DNA of 63,285 nt, filler included, from Olpidium bornovanus S191 (GCA_017911155.1; 27 parts of 27 records of this genome joined end to end with filler, not necessarily neighbours in it), one strand, 5' to 3'; shown: positions 34,987 through 47,434, numbered from the whole stretch's first letter. Numbers and translations are program-made. Notes: generated by a model not told the origin, from the letters alone.

Positions 34987-36108
34987 CCCGGCTGTCGCTC
35001 GGTACTCGCGCACATGGAGTTGCCGTCGTCGAAAAACGGGATTCGCGGCGCGTTCGACTGTTCCTCGAGCCGGGGCTTCCGAAGGCTCCTATAAAATTTG
35101 TTCCGTGCAGGAACGACCGCCGCTCACTCGGCCTAACCGGCGAATCCGCGGCGACGCTAAAGAACAGACGCGCAGTTTGTGATTTTCCACACCTCCGGCA
35201 CAATCGCCTGCGCGTTTCACCGCGAGCCGAGCTGCTTATGCAAGTCGCACTGTGGGTCAATGTTTGCAGACTCGGCCGAGTTTAGTGGTATGCCGCCTTC
35301 CAGCATCCACTTCCCGTATTTGAGACATTTCGAGTCGTTGGTTGCTACTACGTAATAGGTTACTCGACTGGGTTTGGAAGCCTTTGCCGTCCGAGTAAAA
35401 ACGGAATTGCTTCTTCATGTCGATTGGCACCCGCCGTACAAGCAGTGCTACCGAAGGATACCAAAGATGAGCGACCGACGGCTATTTGCCCAATTGCGAC
35501 CATATTCGCTTCGCCTAATGCCTCCGAGAGTATGCCATCCAATGCGCGGCGGTCTGGTTGGCTGAAACGCAGTCGCTGCGGCGTCTCCCCGTCCTTGGGT
35601 GATTCCTCGCCGGCGTCTCGATGGCGGCGAGCAGCTCCGCACGGAGCCTGCTTATGGTTGGGCAGCTGGATGGCAAGGATTACGTTCTGCTGGGGCGTTT
35701 TCTGCGGCGGTCCAGATGGGCGAAGCAAGGATTATAGGCCTCAGCGGGCGGTTTTGTTGCAGAGGTGTTCTCTACGGGCCGAACGCGGACGCGTAAAGTC
35801 CGGGCCACAACTGGAGACCACGGCTCCCTTCCCCCACTAACAAGGTCGCACCCAGCGCAGAGCTCGTTCGCCGACCGGATGCAGATGCGGAAGGTTTCGT
35901 TGTTACCGCCCACGGGCGCCGGCATGNNNNNNNNNNNNNNNNNNNNNNNNNNNNNNNNNNNNNNNNNNNNTTAATTAATTAANNNNNNNNNNNNNNNNNN
36001 NNNNNNNNNNNNNNNNNNNNNNNNNNCATGCGTTTGCGAATGGTTCAACCTTGTTCTACTCGTTGATTGATCTTTCTGGCGATGCCGTGCCGTTGTGTCG
36101 TTTCCAAG

Positions 36109-36588
36109 GCTCTTTTGAACTACATAAGGAACGAGGCAAAGTCGAAAAACGTGGATGACAACGGATGGACAGCAGAGTTCGCCAAGGTACACTTGCCTGC
36201 CATACGTTGTGTTACGCAGTTCGAGATTAGTCGCGGGTGTTGATTTGCCTTTTACAAAGCGCCTGACGGAGCCGTGTGCTTTCCTTGTATTGGTGGGCTT
36301 TAAGGGAAATCCTACCCAGCGCAACGGGTCAGACTGCGGCGTTTTCGCTTGTATGGCGGCGGACTGCCTTTCGCGAAACGCCACACTTTCGTTTACGCAG
36401 GAACAAATGCCCGTGAGTCACGTTGTCTCCGCCAGACAAAAAGAACACGAGTTTTCGGGTGCTTTGTATCGTCAACACCTTCCCCCGGGCTGACACTCCT
36501 CTCGATTTTTTTTTTCGCGACGCGCGCGGACCGTTCGCAGAGTCTCCGCCGGCGCATGGCCGAGGCTTTGTTTTACGGCAAAGGGTAG
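36109..36588 (+). CDS. Ulp1/SENP-family (C48) SUMO protease, 3' end
   Basis: Exons 36109-36186, 36305-36412 and 36541-36588: [12 protein letters not shown]...[13 protein letters not shown] (catalytic Gln/Cys), FTQEQMPSLRRRM. Confidence 0.88.
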
Positions 36589-37233
36589 GAAGGACGCCGC
36601 GCAACGCGTCACGGCGCGCATAACGGGCGAAGATACCGGGAGCTGGCCTTCCTGGTCCATACCCCTGATTCGAAATTTGGTTTGGGTTTATATCTTTCCC
36701 GGCGGACGGTGGACGGCAGCGGGGGAGATGCGAAGCCGAGGAAGAAAGAAGGCCATCATCCACACACATCTAGTCGTTGGGGACTGCAAAGCCGCCGTTT
36801 GCGGTACGATTCTCCGTCAGAATGACAAAAGGTTCCGTGTTCGGGTGCGTGACACAATTCGGAATTATTTTTTTTCTCTGTTGTTCTATGATAACGTGGG
36901 TAAGGTGCAAAGATAAAATGTGCTTGGCGTACGCGCGGGGAGGGAGGTATACGTCGTCGTCGCCTTTTGTTTTTCTCTTGGTTCTTCTGTTCTTTTGGAT
37001 CTTGCAAGGATAAAAACCACGGCAAAAAAGTTGCGAACCTCAACCGCGCTCTTTCTACCTTTCTTTTAATGTTCCTCTTGCGAGAACGATGATCTTCCAA
37101 CCGGGGAAGGAAACGAAGGGGGGGGGGGGAAATTATATAAACGAGACCGTGGTGGCGGCGGAGGGTCGGCCGAAAAAGAAAGAAAAAAAAAGGGAAAAGA
37201 AAAAAAAAATTAACGCTGCTTGCGGCCGCCCTG

Positions 37234-38877
37234 TCATAGAGCTATGGCCCTGAGGTCGTCGTCGGCAATTTCCCAGCAGTAGAGGCTGACCCGGATGAAC
37301 TCCCTGCCAATGATGGCGATGCCGCTCGCAAGCCACAGGAAAAAGCGCCACGCGCTCTCTTGCACCGGCGCTTCGTCGTCGGCGCACGCCGCCCCGCCGT
37401 CGGGATCCGCCTCGTCCCAGTGCCGCTCCAGGTCGTCCTCGCCGTTCACGCGCGGCTCGCAGCCGCCGGGGGTGGGCGGCTGGGGCGACGACGACCTCTT
37501 CCGCTTCCGCGGCGCCGCGGAGAGCGCGGCGGCGGCGGCGGCAGACGTGCGGCGGCGGCAGGCCGCGCACCGGTCGGCCTCGTCCGTCTGCACGGCGGCG
37601 TCTACTGCGGATTGTGCCGGCGGGCCGGGCGGCGGAGCGGGAGGCGGGGCGCCCGCGGGCGTGGCCAAGGACTGGGCTCTGAGGGCGCTGAACTGGGCGA
37701 CCAGGAACTCGTACTCGCGCTTCAAGCTCAGGTACTGCCAGTAGTACTCTTTCGGGTCGTCCGGCCCCTCCTCGTCCTCCCCGTCGGGCTCGTCGTCGGG
37801 GACGACGGCGTCCGGCGGGAAGAAGGGCGACGACGGCCCGCCGCCGGCGTCTTCGCCTTCGCCGTCGCCGTCGCCATCGTCGTCGTCGTCGTCGTCGTCG
37901 TCGTAGTCTTCCCCCGCCGAGAGCGCGCGGACGGGGCTCGTGGGCGCGGAGAAGGAGCAGCACCTCGGGCCGGTGGCGGGGGCGGGGGCGGGGCGCGCGC
38001 CGGCGAGGGGCGAGGCGCATCCCGCGAAGCCGGCGGCGGCGGTCACGGACGGGCGGTGGATCCCGAAGCCGCCGGCGATGGAGAGGGGCCGTTGGCGGCG
38101 CCGCTGGCGGCGGCGCATGAGCACCGAGCCGACGACCTCGTCGTACTCGTCGCGGGACGCGGCGCTCAGGGGGACGGATATCGCGGCGGCGGAGGCGGCG
38201 GCGGTGTCGCGCTCGGCAAGCGGCGGCGGCGGCGGCGCCCCGCTCCCGAGGGAAGTCGATGGGCAGGCCGCGGGGGCCGGCCGGGTGAAGACCGCGGGCA
38301 GCGAGCCCGCGGCGCGCAGCAGGTTCGAGGTGTTGTACGACGGCGGCCGCCCGTACACAGGCGGCTGCGGCTGCGGCGGCGGCTGCGGCTGCGGCGGCCG
38401 CACGGCGAGGGCCTCGACGGTTGCCGGCCCCTCGCGGTCCCAACGTTCTCCTTCGCTTTCGCTCGAGGAGCCGCGGCGGCGCGGCGAGACCGGCGGGGAA
38501 GGGGGCGGAAGGGCGACTTCTTCTTCCCACGGCGCGGCGGCGGCGGAGGGATCCAACCGCTCGCGGTCGTCGTCGTCGTCATCGTCGTCGTCCGGCCGCT
38601 GCTCCGCGGGCTGCTCGTCCTCGGCGCGAAAGCCGCCGGCGCCGTAGCCGGCGAACTCCGCCGCGGCCCCGGCGTGGTGCAGCTTCCGGAACGCCCAGGC
38701 GCGGGCGAGGCGGCGGCCGAGCGGGGGCGGGTGCTCGCCGCCGTCGTGATCGCGGTCGGCGGCGAAGGCCGGCGGGCCCAGGGCCAGGGAGGCCATCGTG
38801 GAGGCCCTGTTCGCCTTCGTCTTCCTCAGGCGGGCGGCGGCGGCGGCGGCGACCGGCGGCGGTTCGGGCCCGGCCAT
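37234..38877 (-). CDS. Hypothetical 547-aa low-complexity protein
   Basis: Uninterrupted ATG-to-stop ORF with poly-Asp/Pro/Ala tracts, a short coiled coil (EYYWQYLSLKREYEFLVAQFSAL) and a hydrophobic C-terminal segment. Confidence 0.5.
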   Translation of the reverse strand: MAGPEPPPVAAAAAARLRKTKANRASTMASLALGPPAFAADRDHDGGEHPPPLGRRLARAWAFRKLHHAGAAAEFAGYGAGGFRAEDEQPAEQRPDDDDDDDDDRERLDPSAAAAPWEEEVALPPPSPPVSPRRRGSSSESEGERWDREGPATVEALAVRPPQPQPPPQPQPPVYGRPPSYNTSNLLRAAGSLPAVFTRPAPAACPSTSLGSGAPPPPPLAERDTAAASAAAISVPLSAASRDEYDEVVGSVLMRRRQRRRQRPLSIAGGFGIHRPSVTAAAGFAGCASPLAGARPAPAPATGPRCCSFSAPTSPVRALSAGEDYDDDDDDDDDGDGDGEGEDAGGGPSSPFFPPDAVVPDDEPDGEDEEGPDDPKEYYWQYLSLKREYEFLVAQFSALRAQSLATPAGAPPPAPPPGPPAQSAVDAAVQTDEADRCAACRRRTSAAAAAALSAAPRKRKRSSSPQPPTPGGCEPRVNGEDDLERHWDEADPDGGAACADDEAPVQESAWRFFLWLASGIAIIGREFIRVSLYCWEIADDDLRAIAL

Positions 38878-39032
38878 CTATCCGGCGGGGGGAGGGCGAG
38901 GCCGGCCCGTGCAGGAAGGAGAAGGCGAACGGCGAGGGGGCGTTAATTACCGGGGGCAAATTATTTTTTTTCCTTTTTTTTTTTTTTTTTTTTTTTCCTC
39001 CTTCTCCCGCCCCCCTTGTGTTGTCCGCCGGT

Positions 39033-39117
<85 letters not shown>

Positions 39118-40782
39118 CGGGGGGGGGGGGGGGGGGGAAGAACGGGGGGAAGGCGAGGTGTGTGTGGNNNNNNNNNNNNNNNNNNNNNNNNNNNNNNNNN
39201 NNNNNNNNNNNTTAATTAATTAANNNNNNNNNNNNNNNNNNNNNNNNNNNNNNNNNNNNNNNNNNNNACGACGGCAACAAAAAAAAGAAAAAACGGGAGG
39301 GACGCCGGCCAGTTTTACCACTGGCCACCCCTCCCTTCAACCCTCGAGCCGGATGGGGACAGGTCTTGGCCCTCTTTAATACGCCATGCGCTTCAAGGAG
39401 GTGCTCCTGCTGGCCTCTCAGGTCGTGCTCGCCGGAGTTTCCTCGGCATCGGATCTTTGAAAATGCCGCATCCGGAGATCCTCCGGTTCCGCCGGTGAGC
39501 ACCCGCGCGCGCGCCGGCGCGGCCGCGGGGAGCAGGGGGCCAAAACAAGAAATGTCGGCTCCAGGACGCGCATTACCCGGCGATACGTCCGGGGGGTGGC
39601 TGGTGGGTCCAGGGCGGACGCAAAAAATTACGGAAACAATCAGGGTTCAGCAAGACCCGCCGAGCTGGGTGCGTTTTGTTTTGTTTCGTTCTGTTTGTTT
39701 TTTTTTTCCGGCAAGCCCGCAGATCTCATGCGCGCCGCGGCTGGAGTTTTCGTCCTAATCAATACCCATTCGCCGCCCCACGACGGACGAAAAAGGGTCT
39801 GGCCCGAAGGCGAAAATCCAGCTGTCAGTCTTTTGGTCCTGACGGGTTGTCGCATTGCGCTTTCCTTCGTCCTCGACGATCATCGGCTTATTTTCCAACA
39901 TTTTTTCAACCCGCCGCCGGGTTCCCGGGCGATAGCCGTGGGTCACTGCAGCGAGCGACGATTACCGGTACCCTTCCGGTGCAGGGACGGGCGTCAACGT
40001 GTACATTATCGGTAACGCGGCCCCCCACCACCCCCCCACACCCCACCCCACGCTCCTATTAATTATAAGTCCGGATCTGTTATGGACAATGCTCCTGTTT
40101 TTACCCAGAAGCTTTCGTTTTGTTGAGGGGGAGGGAGGGTTAGCCTCGAGCCCCGAACGAAGGGTGCCCAGCCCCAGCAGGCCGTCTGCAACATAACTCA
40201 CCTCTAAATGGGCAAAACCACAAAAACCCACAAAAACGTGCGTCCAAGAGGGCGGGCCGCGATGCGAAGCACAGTATGCCGCGGTTTTCAAAAGTGGAAT
40301 GTATTTCCTAGTGCAGCTACAGTGCTAAAGGTACAAGGAATTATTGAGGCAACTCTGCCTTTGCGCGTTTGGAGAATCTGAAAGAAGCCGTGCCGCCACA
40401 TTTACTGGCACGCGTTTATTTCTCTCGTGCGACGCGACGCGGGAGCCACGCATACGAGAGCAGAGTCGTGCCACCGACCCAATTTGACGCCAAGCCCCCT
40501 TTGCTCTCGTTGCAATCTCGTCTAGAAACGACCTCCCAGCAAGAGAAGAGGGAATATGGCGTCATTTAGATTGCCCACAGTATATTTTGAATTTTGTCCC
40601 GTTAGACACAATTGGCGCGCTAGTAACAGACTAAAGGGTTCACCGGTATTCGCGCACGACTTCTCAGTCCTGTGCTACGCCACGCCACTTCAACTTTCCC
40701 CACTAATAAAGAAAGAGCAAGCATCTTTCTAAATACGTTACTCGGTCCTCGGAGAAATGCCAGAGGGCCTGCAAACTAACCA

Positions 40783-41158
40783 ACTGCGCACAAGCCCTGT
40801 ACGACCGGCCTGAAATCAAGACGTCAAGGCTCTTGCGGGATCCGTCGTCCGATTTTGCAAACTCGACGACGGCGGAAACCTCATCGGCAGACCAACGCCT
40901 CTTGGGCGCTAAATACGAAAAGCGTTTCATAAGAATTCGGGGACATTGAAAAACGTGTAACATTTCTCGATCACCACGAATGTCCGAAGCCGAGATGGCC
41001 GAACAGCTTACAACACTGAATTGTTCTCCTCGTCCCGATGCTTTTAGGCAGGTTTGTCCGCGCCCATGGAATAACCTCAGGTTTGTATTCGGCGTGGATT
41101 TTCCTATAGTTGTAGTAGAGTGTGCTTGGCGTCCGTCCGGGAAAAAATTCAATCGCAA
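40783..41158 (-). CDS. Myb/SANT-repeat protein fragment
   Basis: KRRWSADEVSAVVEFAK...LDVLISGRSYRAC, preceded by a similar LFHGRGQTC helix end. Exon limits are uncertain. Confidence 0.4.
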
Positions 41159-41285
41159 GATCGCCCCAGTATACTTTACCCCTGGNNNNNNNNNNNNNNN
41201 NNNNNNNNNNNNNNNNNNNNNNNNNNNNNTTAATTAATTAANNNNNNNNNNNNNNNNNNNNNNNNNNNNNNNNNNNNNNNNNNNN

Positions 41286-42846
41286 CATGTGAATCCCATC
41301 GTTCGGGTGGGTCTGGCCGTCGTCGGCGCGGAGTCCGTACGAAGTCACTTCGTGGAACCAACCTACGGAAAACGACGGACGGACCGTGGTCAGTCTCGCC
41401 TGCTGTTCAAAACCGTTTTGGCGGGAGAGCACGGGCAACGGAACCTTACTCACTCGCCGGAAGATACAAGATGTCGCCTTCACGCAGATCACAGGTAAAT
41501 TTCCTGGCACCACTCAACAGGGGGAACGGTTCGAGCTTCTTCGGGCAATGCAGCGCACACGCCGGTATTTTACTGAACGAAGGTGGCTCAGAGCTACCCG
41601 TCTCCACAGATCCGGCAACCGCTATTTTCTTTGGAGGAGCGGTACCGCCGACGTCGAGGCGCCGCTTGCGCTTTCTCGCATTTCCCAGGAGTAGGCCGCC
41701 GTCGTCCAGCTGTCCGGGCGACTCCTCGCCGAGGCAGTCGACGTCGAGGAGCGCGTCCATGGCTTGCTCGAGCTCTTCCTCGGCAACCGCCGCGTCTTCT
41801 CCTGCAGCTTCCGCCGCGGCCAAACGCTGCACAGCCGTCTTTGACCGCCATCGCGCCACGTAAAGCGGATTCGCGCCGTCCGACCGCGTTTCCGCACCGC
41901 GGTAGTTTATCAGTCCGTTCGGGTGCACATGCGAAAGCCGCCCGTACAAGTACAAGCGTCCGGCGTCGTGAGGGCTAAACAACGTGAACCGCTTGCGCCC
42001 GCGGAGCAGCACGTACAGATTGTCGTGAAAGTCGTGATGTAGTCCTGACGACGTACCGTTATCGTCGCCGGCAGGGACAGCACCTAACCTGGAACGGTTA
42101 TTGCGCACGGCGGAGGGCACCCAGAGATTCAAACGTCTTGACCAAAAGGCGTTTCCCGCGGAACGCAACGGTCGAACTCACCATAGGTTGACCTGCTGGG
42201 GCACCAACTTCCCGAACAGAGGAGGGCGCAGCTCGATGTCACCCAACAAGGCGGAAAGAGGCGCTTGGCAGTACGCGTGCGCTTTCCACCGCAGCTCGGC
42301 TTTCTTGTCCTCGCCGCTTGCATCCACTTCGGCGTCCGGCTGCTCCTCGTCCTGATACTGCGTCGTCAGGTAAAGGTCCGTCCGGCCCTGTCTGGCGACG
42401 GCGTCCAAAAAATCTGCAAACAGCATCTTCTGCCGCGACGTTCCTTTACCGAAACTGCCGCGTGAGCCTTTGCTCTCCACTTTGACGGCAACGTGGCCGG
42501 CCCTGTCCTTCAACTCGTCGAGGGACCACCTCGGTGGAGGCTTCCCCAGCAGCTTGCTCGCCGAAGTCGGATCGCCGGCGGCCGTAGTCAGCACGCACGG
42601 CGTCCGCGTGGCGACATAACGGCGGTAGAAGTCCTCTGGCGAGATGCCGCCGACGGCGACGCGCGCGGGCATCCATCGCGGAGGCGGGCGGAAGCCCTTG
42701 CAGTCGTTCCGGAACCGCGGCCCAGCTGGCACGGCGTTGGTGGACGAGCACGCGGGGCCGTTCCTTCTTCTTCCTCGCGCCGTGCTGGCGCGCAGGCGGC
42801 CCCCAGAGCGGCAGGCGCCGCGTCGATACCCAGCAGTCGCAGTCAT
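41286..42846 (-). CDS. JmjC/cupin-like 2-oxoglutarate Fe(II) oxygenase, 3' truncated
   Basis: Exons about 42846-42182, 42088-41454 and 41362-41286: FYRRYVATRTPCVL, LYLTTQY, QQVNLWLG, TSSGLHHDFHDNLYVLLRGRKRFTLFSP (HxD), GDILYLPASWFHEV. Confidence 0.92.
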
Positions 42847-43258
42847 ATTTCGAGTCCGGGCAGTCGCGGCGGGCTTTTCGGGTTGATGGGCGCCGTGATT
42901 GAGAAGAGAGCAAAAAGGAAAAAAAAAATAATAATAATAAAAAAAGCGGTTGGTGGTCTGCCCCACTTCGGGCCAGAGCTGCCGGCCGGGCGTCCACTCG
43001 GGCTCCGTGTCCCCGGCCTGGGCCGGTGCCCCGGGTTTTGCATGCTCTGTCGTCCAGCCTGTGCCTGTGCCCCGGTGTTCAATGCCCTGTGCGACGCCGG
43101 TGCCTCCGCAGGCGCGCGCATGGCAACACCGGCCTGCCGGGGGGGAACGCCCTCGGCATGGGGCCGCGGCAGCAGCTGTGGGCCTGGCCCGGTGGGCATC
43201 CAGCACCAACCTAGCCCCCCCGGAGGGGTTACAGGGCTGGTGAGGCCCCGGCTAACTG

Positions 43259-43334
43259 CGCCCCCGGCGGGGTTCGAACCCGCGACTCTCGCTCTAGAGA
43301 GGGGTCGAGGCGGTAACCAACCGCCGAAGGGGGC
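43259..43334 (-). other. tRNA-like structure with a non-canonical anticodon arm (pseudo-tRNA or SINE head)
   Basis: Acceptor GCCCCC/GGGGGC; D stem GGCGG/CCGCC; perfect T arm GCGGG-TTCGAAC-CCCGC (B box). No proper 5-bp stem with 7-nt loop at the anticodon position. Confidence 0.65.
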
Positions 43335-43419
43335 GCTGCTTGCTTGGTGACGTCCAGGTCGTTGGGGTTGCCCTCATTGACAGCCCGCCGCCCGTGCCCT
43401 GCCCCCAGCATCTTCTGCC

Positions 43420-43455
<36 letters not shown>

Positions 43456-43712
43456 CTCACCGCCTGAAGGGAGCAAAATAAAACAAATCCCCCCCGCCGC
43501 CCTCCGCTTCCCGTGACCGAGGATCGCAGTTCGTCACGCCGCGGCTTCGCGACGTGGTCCCGCATTGGCTGCCCGCCCGAAGCTGTGCTCCAGGCGGGCT
43601 CCCGCTGCCGCGTCCCCTCCCACCCGCAAGGGTGGGGGCCGAAAAGGAGCGGCGGGGAAGGAGGCAGAAGACGTCCTTCCCGTCGTCGTTCTTCCGGTCC
43701 GCCCTGACTGCC

Positions 43713-45147
43713 ATGTTCTCCGCGCCGGGCGTCTCGCTCCCGCCGTTCGCTCCCGTGGAGCGCCCGCTGCCCGGACCGCCGCCGCGCCCGGCTGCACCCG
43801 ATTCCGCGTGGCCGTCCCGCGGCCGCCGGAAGTCGCCGTTTCCGGCGCTGGCGGCGAAGGGGGGCGGGAACGAGGATACCGCCGCCGTTGCCGCCGAGAT
43901 CGGAACCGGCAACCAGTGTGTGTTGTTTCCGACCTATGCATACCGAACGCCTGGTGAGAGTGGAACAGGTCTTCGTCGTGTACCGTGACGACCTGGCCCC
44001 GCTCACGGTCATGCGTTGAACCATGAAGGCCAGGACGGCTGTGGGCCTTGGAAGGTCAAGGTGAGTGGCTGGTGCTACACCACCAAAGGAACCGATAGCC
44101 GAACACACAAGGTTGCTATGGGTGGGTAGCCCGACCCGTCGGTCCCTGCCGCGAAAAGGGATTTTTCTCTGTCATAGCTGCGTGCGACTTTAGGACTCAC
44201 GGCGGACGCCGCTACGGACAGACATCTTCAGGCGCGTGATGGGCGTGCCGAAGAACGACACTACTGGCGCGAGCGAGTTGCTCCGGTCAAGGGCAGCGAT
44301 GTTTCTAGCCTCGAACTCGTACGAGACCGACATAGCCTTGGGCGTCGCCGGCCTGGCGTCGCTTGACGAGTTTTACGCAAAGCCGGTGGGCAGCACTGCG
44401 CGGTCCGTTCCCGGGATATCGACATCTCCGGAAACGAAGTCCCCGCCGGAACCGGGATTGTCGGAAAAATTTCCGCCGACGTCCGCCTCCGCCGACGAGC
44501 GCCGCGGCGACGGAGCAGCGGAAGAGCTGGAGGTCCGGGCGACCGGCCATTTCGATGCGGAGCTGACGTTGCGGGACGAGGTCATCCGACAGTGGAGCGA
44601 GAGCGGAGCGGCCGTCCCTATCCGGAAGATGCTACGGCTGGTGGCGGTCGGTGCACAGCTCCGTGAGTTCTTTCACCTCAAGTTTTTCTGCCGGCTTGAT
44701 GGGATGGATGCCCGCAGGACACAACGCTGCGCCCACCGCGCTGACATTGCCGTCTTCCGCCGGCAGCGAATCCGTCTTTCGGGTACGCGGATCTCGTGGA
44801 GCCCGAAGGCGTCTCGGTCATATCGGACATCGACGACACCATTAAGGTACCGTCGGCTTCCGTCAGTCGACCCACACAGCTTTCCGGCGGAGTCAGCTGC
44901 CCACAGTGTCCACATCTATGATAAGATCATCTAACGCCATCTTACGCTCGTCGAAACGGACTTTAGGAGACGAACGTGTCTCTGGGCAAACGCGTCGTGT
45001 TAAATAACACGTTTCTAACGGAAGCGCGCGAGGTGCAGACGGTGCTTTCCTGCGTTGCCCATAATTGTTGCCGGCGGTTCTGCTCAACGTCGCTGACGAC
45101 ACGATTTGTTTATTTTTAATCGGAGAATCGCCAGATTGCGGGCATGG
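43713..45147 (+). CDS. APP1: Phosphatidate phosphatase App1-like, 3' truncated
   Basis: First exon 43713-43953 ends CVLFPTYA. Later exons give YADLVEPEGVSVISDIDDTIK (DxDxT), ETNVSLGKRVVLNNTFL (44967-45032) and IAGM at the contig edge. Confidence 0.85.
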
Positions 45148-45514
45148 NNNNNNNNNNNNNNNNNNNNNNNNNNNNNNNNNNNNNNNNNNNNTTAATTAAT
45201 TAANNNNNNNNNNNNNNNNNNNNNNNNNNNNNNNNNNNNNNNNNNNNCATGGCGTTGAGCTTCTTCTCCAGGGGGGGACGTTGCGCGCCTTTGTGGTAGG
45301 GAGCCGTGTTGAGTTTGTCGTTAAGGAACTGCTCAACGCGCTCCGCGCTGTGGGCAAGAACGGCTTTGCTTGTCCCAAAGGCAGTCTGTTTCGGCCACCG
45401 CTGGGGTGCTAAGGCTGGGCGTTTGTATTCTTCTCCTTCTTTCCTTCTCCTTTTCTGCTTACTATGCCTCGGTGGCTGCTCCGGACGGAGTCCAAATACA
45501 CTTAGCTATTCTAC

Positions 45515-45582
45515 AAAAGCACTCGCCTCGGCGGCGAGGAAGATGGGTAAAAGCACTCGCCTCGGTGGCGAGGAAGATGGGT
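45515..45582. repeat. 34-bp direct tandem repeat, 2 copies
   Basis: AAAAGCACTCGCCTCGG(C/T)GGCGAGGAAGATGGGT twice, one mismatch; a degenerate third copy near 45615. Confidence 0.85.
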
Positions 45583-46695
45583 GTTCTGGGCGTCGTGTTT
45601 CTATCCTCTAAGACAAAGTCTCGCCTCGGCGGCGGCGAGGTTCTCCTCGGCGGAGAGTGGGTTCGGGTGCTGGCGTGTGTGTGTATGTGTGTCGGATACG
45701 GCAGCAGGAGTACATGCGTAAACCGGGGTTGGGGTCTTACGCGTAGCCTATCTTAATTACGGAACCCCTGGCCGCGACGCGCCGCCCTACCTCCTCCCCA
45801 CCCGATTTCCCTTACAAAGCACGCACTGCCTTTGACAGACACGATCAGCACTCTCTGATAATTGGTGCCAGTCGGAGAAGTGACTCGCAGTCTCAGAGAA
45901 TGCAGGTCTTCTGCTGAGTGGAGTGACGGCATCGCCTGAGTCCTAGTTTAACGCCGCTTCCCTTCCAGCGCCCCTTTGCCACAAATGGGGCTTGGCCGGC
46001 TTTTCCTTCCACAGCGCGCCGTCGAGTTCGAAAACGCCTCGAGGATCCTCTCGATGTCGAGGGGAAGGGACGGAGCAGAGGACGTTCGGAAGGACGGGGA
46101 ATGGAATGGCAGGTAGTGGCGCCGCGCCCGCAGGGGGGCCGTGCTCTAGGGGGGGGTTTGCGGAGAAGAAGAAAAAGAAGACAAAACGAAAAGGGAGGCG
46201 GAGCGCTGTCGAGATCGAAACGCCTTGGTGGAGCCCTCTCGTCGTCAGGGAGAGTAGGGCAAAGGGCGATCGATGGGACGGAGGATAGGATGGCAGGTTG
46301 CGGAACCGAACCCGCCGGGAGCTTGCGCGTAACAGAAGGGGGGGGGTTGTGAAAGGGGGCAGGACGAGGGGAGACGGGACGCTTCTTCTTCGATAGGCAC
46401 AAAAGAACCAGCGCGCGGACGGATGCTTCTANNNNNNNNNNNNNNNNNNNNNNNNNNNNNNNNNNNNNNNNNNNNTTAATTAATTAANNNNNNNNNNNNN
46501 NNNNNNNNNNNNNNNNNNNNNNNNNNNNNNNCCCCCCCCCCCCCCCCCCCCCCCCCGGCGCGGCGCCGCGGCGTTGCAAAATGCGAGGGTCGGTCAGCGC
46601 GCCGCTCCGGCGAGCGAAAAACGAACCGAAAAAAAAAAACAAGCAAACAAACAAACAACCAAACAGACAAGAAAAGGAAAAGTTTCCCGGGTTAC

Positions 46696-47434
46696 CAGTA
46701 GAAGAAGTGCTTGTCCCTGAAGGTTTTTTTTAGGCGCGCGAAAAAAAAAAGCAAGGAAGCAGAGAGGTTTTTCGTTGGGTTTGGTCAGCCGCGAGAACCG
46801 CGGCAATCGGACGTTCGCGAGCGGCACAAGCGGCCGCGAAGGACTGGGGATCTCTCCGCTGCCGCTTTTCCCTTTCCCTCCTCTTTATCTCTTTCTCTCT
46901 CTTTCTCTCTCTCTCTCTTTTTTTCTCACTCTCTCTCTCTCGCTCTCTTTCTCACACTCGCTTTCTCTCTTTTTCTCACTCTTTTTCTCACTCTCTCTCT
47001 CTCTCTCTTTCTAACTCTCTCTCTCTCTCTTTCTCTCTCTCTCCGTTTCTCCCCCGCCTCGCCCCGCCCCGCACGCACTCGGCAGTGTCCAGGTAACCGC
47101 TGTACTGGGTCACGTCGGCGTCGCAGAGGCCGCTGGTGACGCGGTTGACGCGGAGGGCGTAGCCGGGCACGGACGGGTGAGAGAGCGTCCTCGCGAACGG
47201 CTGCTGCTGCTGCTGGCCCCGATCCCGGGGCGGCGGCGGCGGCGGCGGGTGCCGGAGCGCCGCGGGAAGCGGGGGAATCGGGAACCTGACGGGCGAGGAG
47301 GGCGCCTGCTGGCGGAAGAACGGGGCGTGCGGCGCGGCGGCGGAAGCGGCGGGGCGGGGCGCGGCGGCGAGGGCGAGGGGGGCGAGGGCGAGGGCGGCGA
47401 GGGCGGCGAGGGCGGCCAGCAGGCGGCCCGCCAT
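46696..47434 (-). CDS. Serine carboxypeptidase S10 (carboxypeptidase Y-like), 5' part
   Basis: Signal peptide, then LCDADVTQYSGYLDTAE (exon 47434-47079) and a 21-nt exon 46716-46696 encoding DKHFFYW. Confidence 0.9.
46885..47042. repeat. Interrupted (CT)n/(GA)n microsatellite inside the carboxypeptidase intron
   Basis: Direct inspection. Confidence 0.9.

Noticed and set aside
39388-39462. Signal-peptide-like MRFKEVLLLASQVVLAGVSSASDL*
   Set aside because: Stops after 24 codons. It continues only if a 1-nt error is assumed, which cannot be checked here.
43259-43334. tRNA-like element as tRNA-Sec or an amber suppressor (a CTA lies in one possible loop)
   Set aside because: No TCA anticodon or long variable arm for Sec, and no canonical 7-nt anticodon loop on a 5-bp stem for a suppressor.
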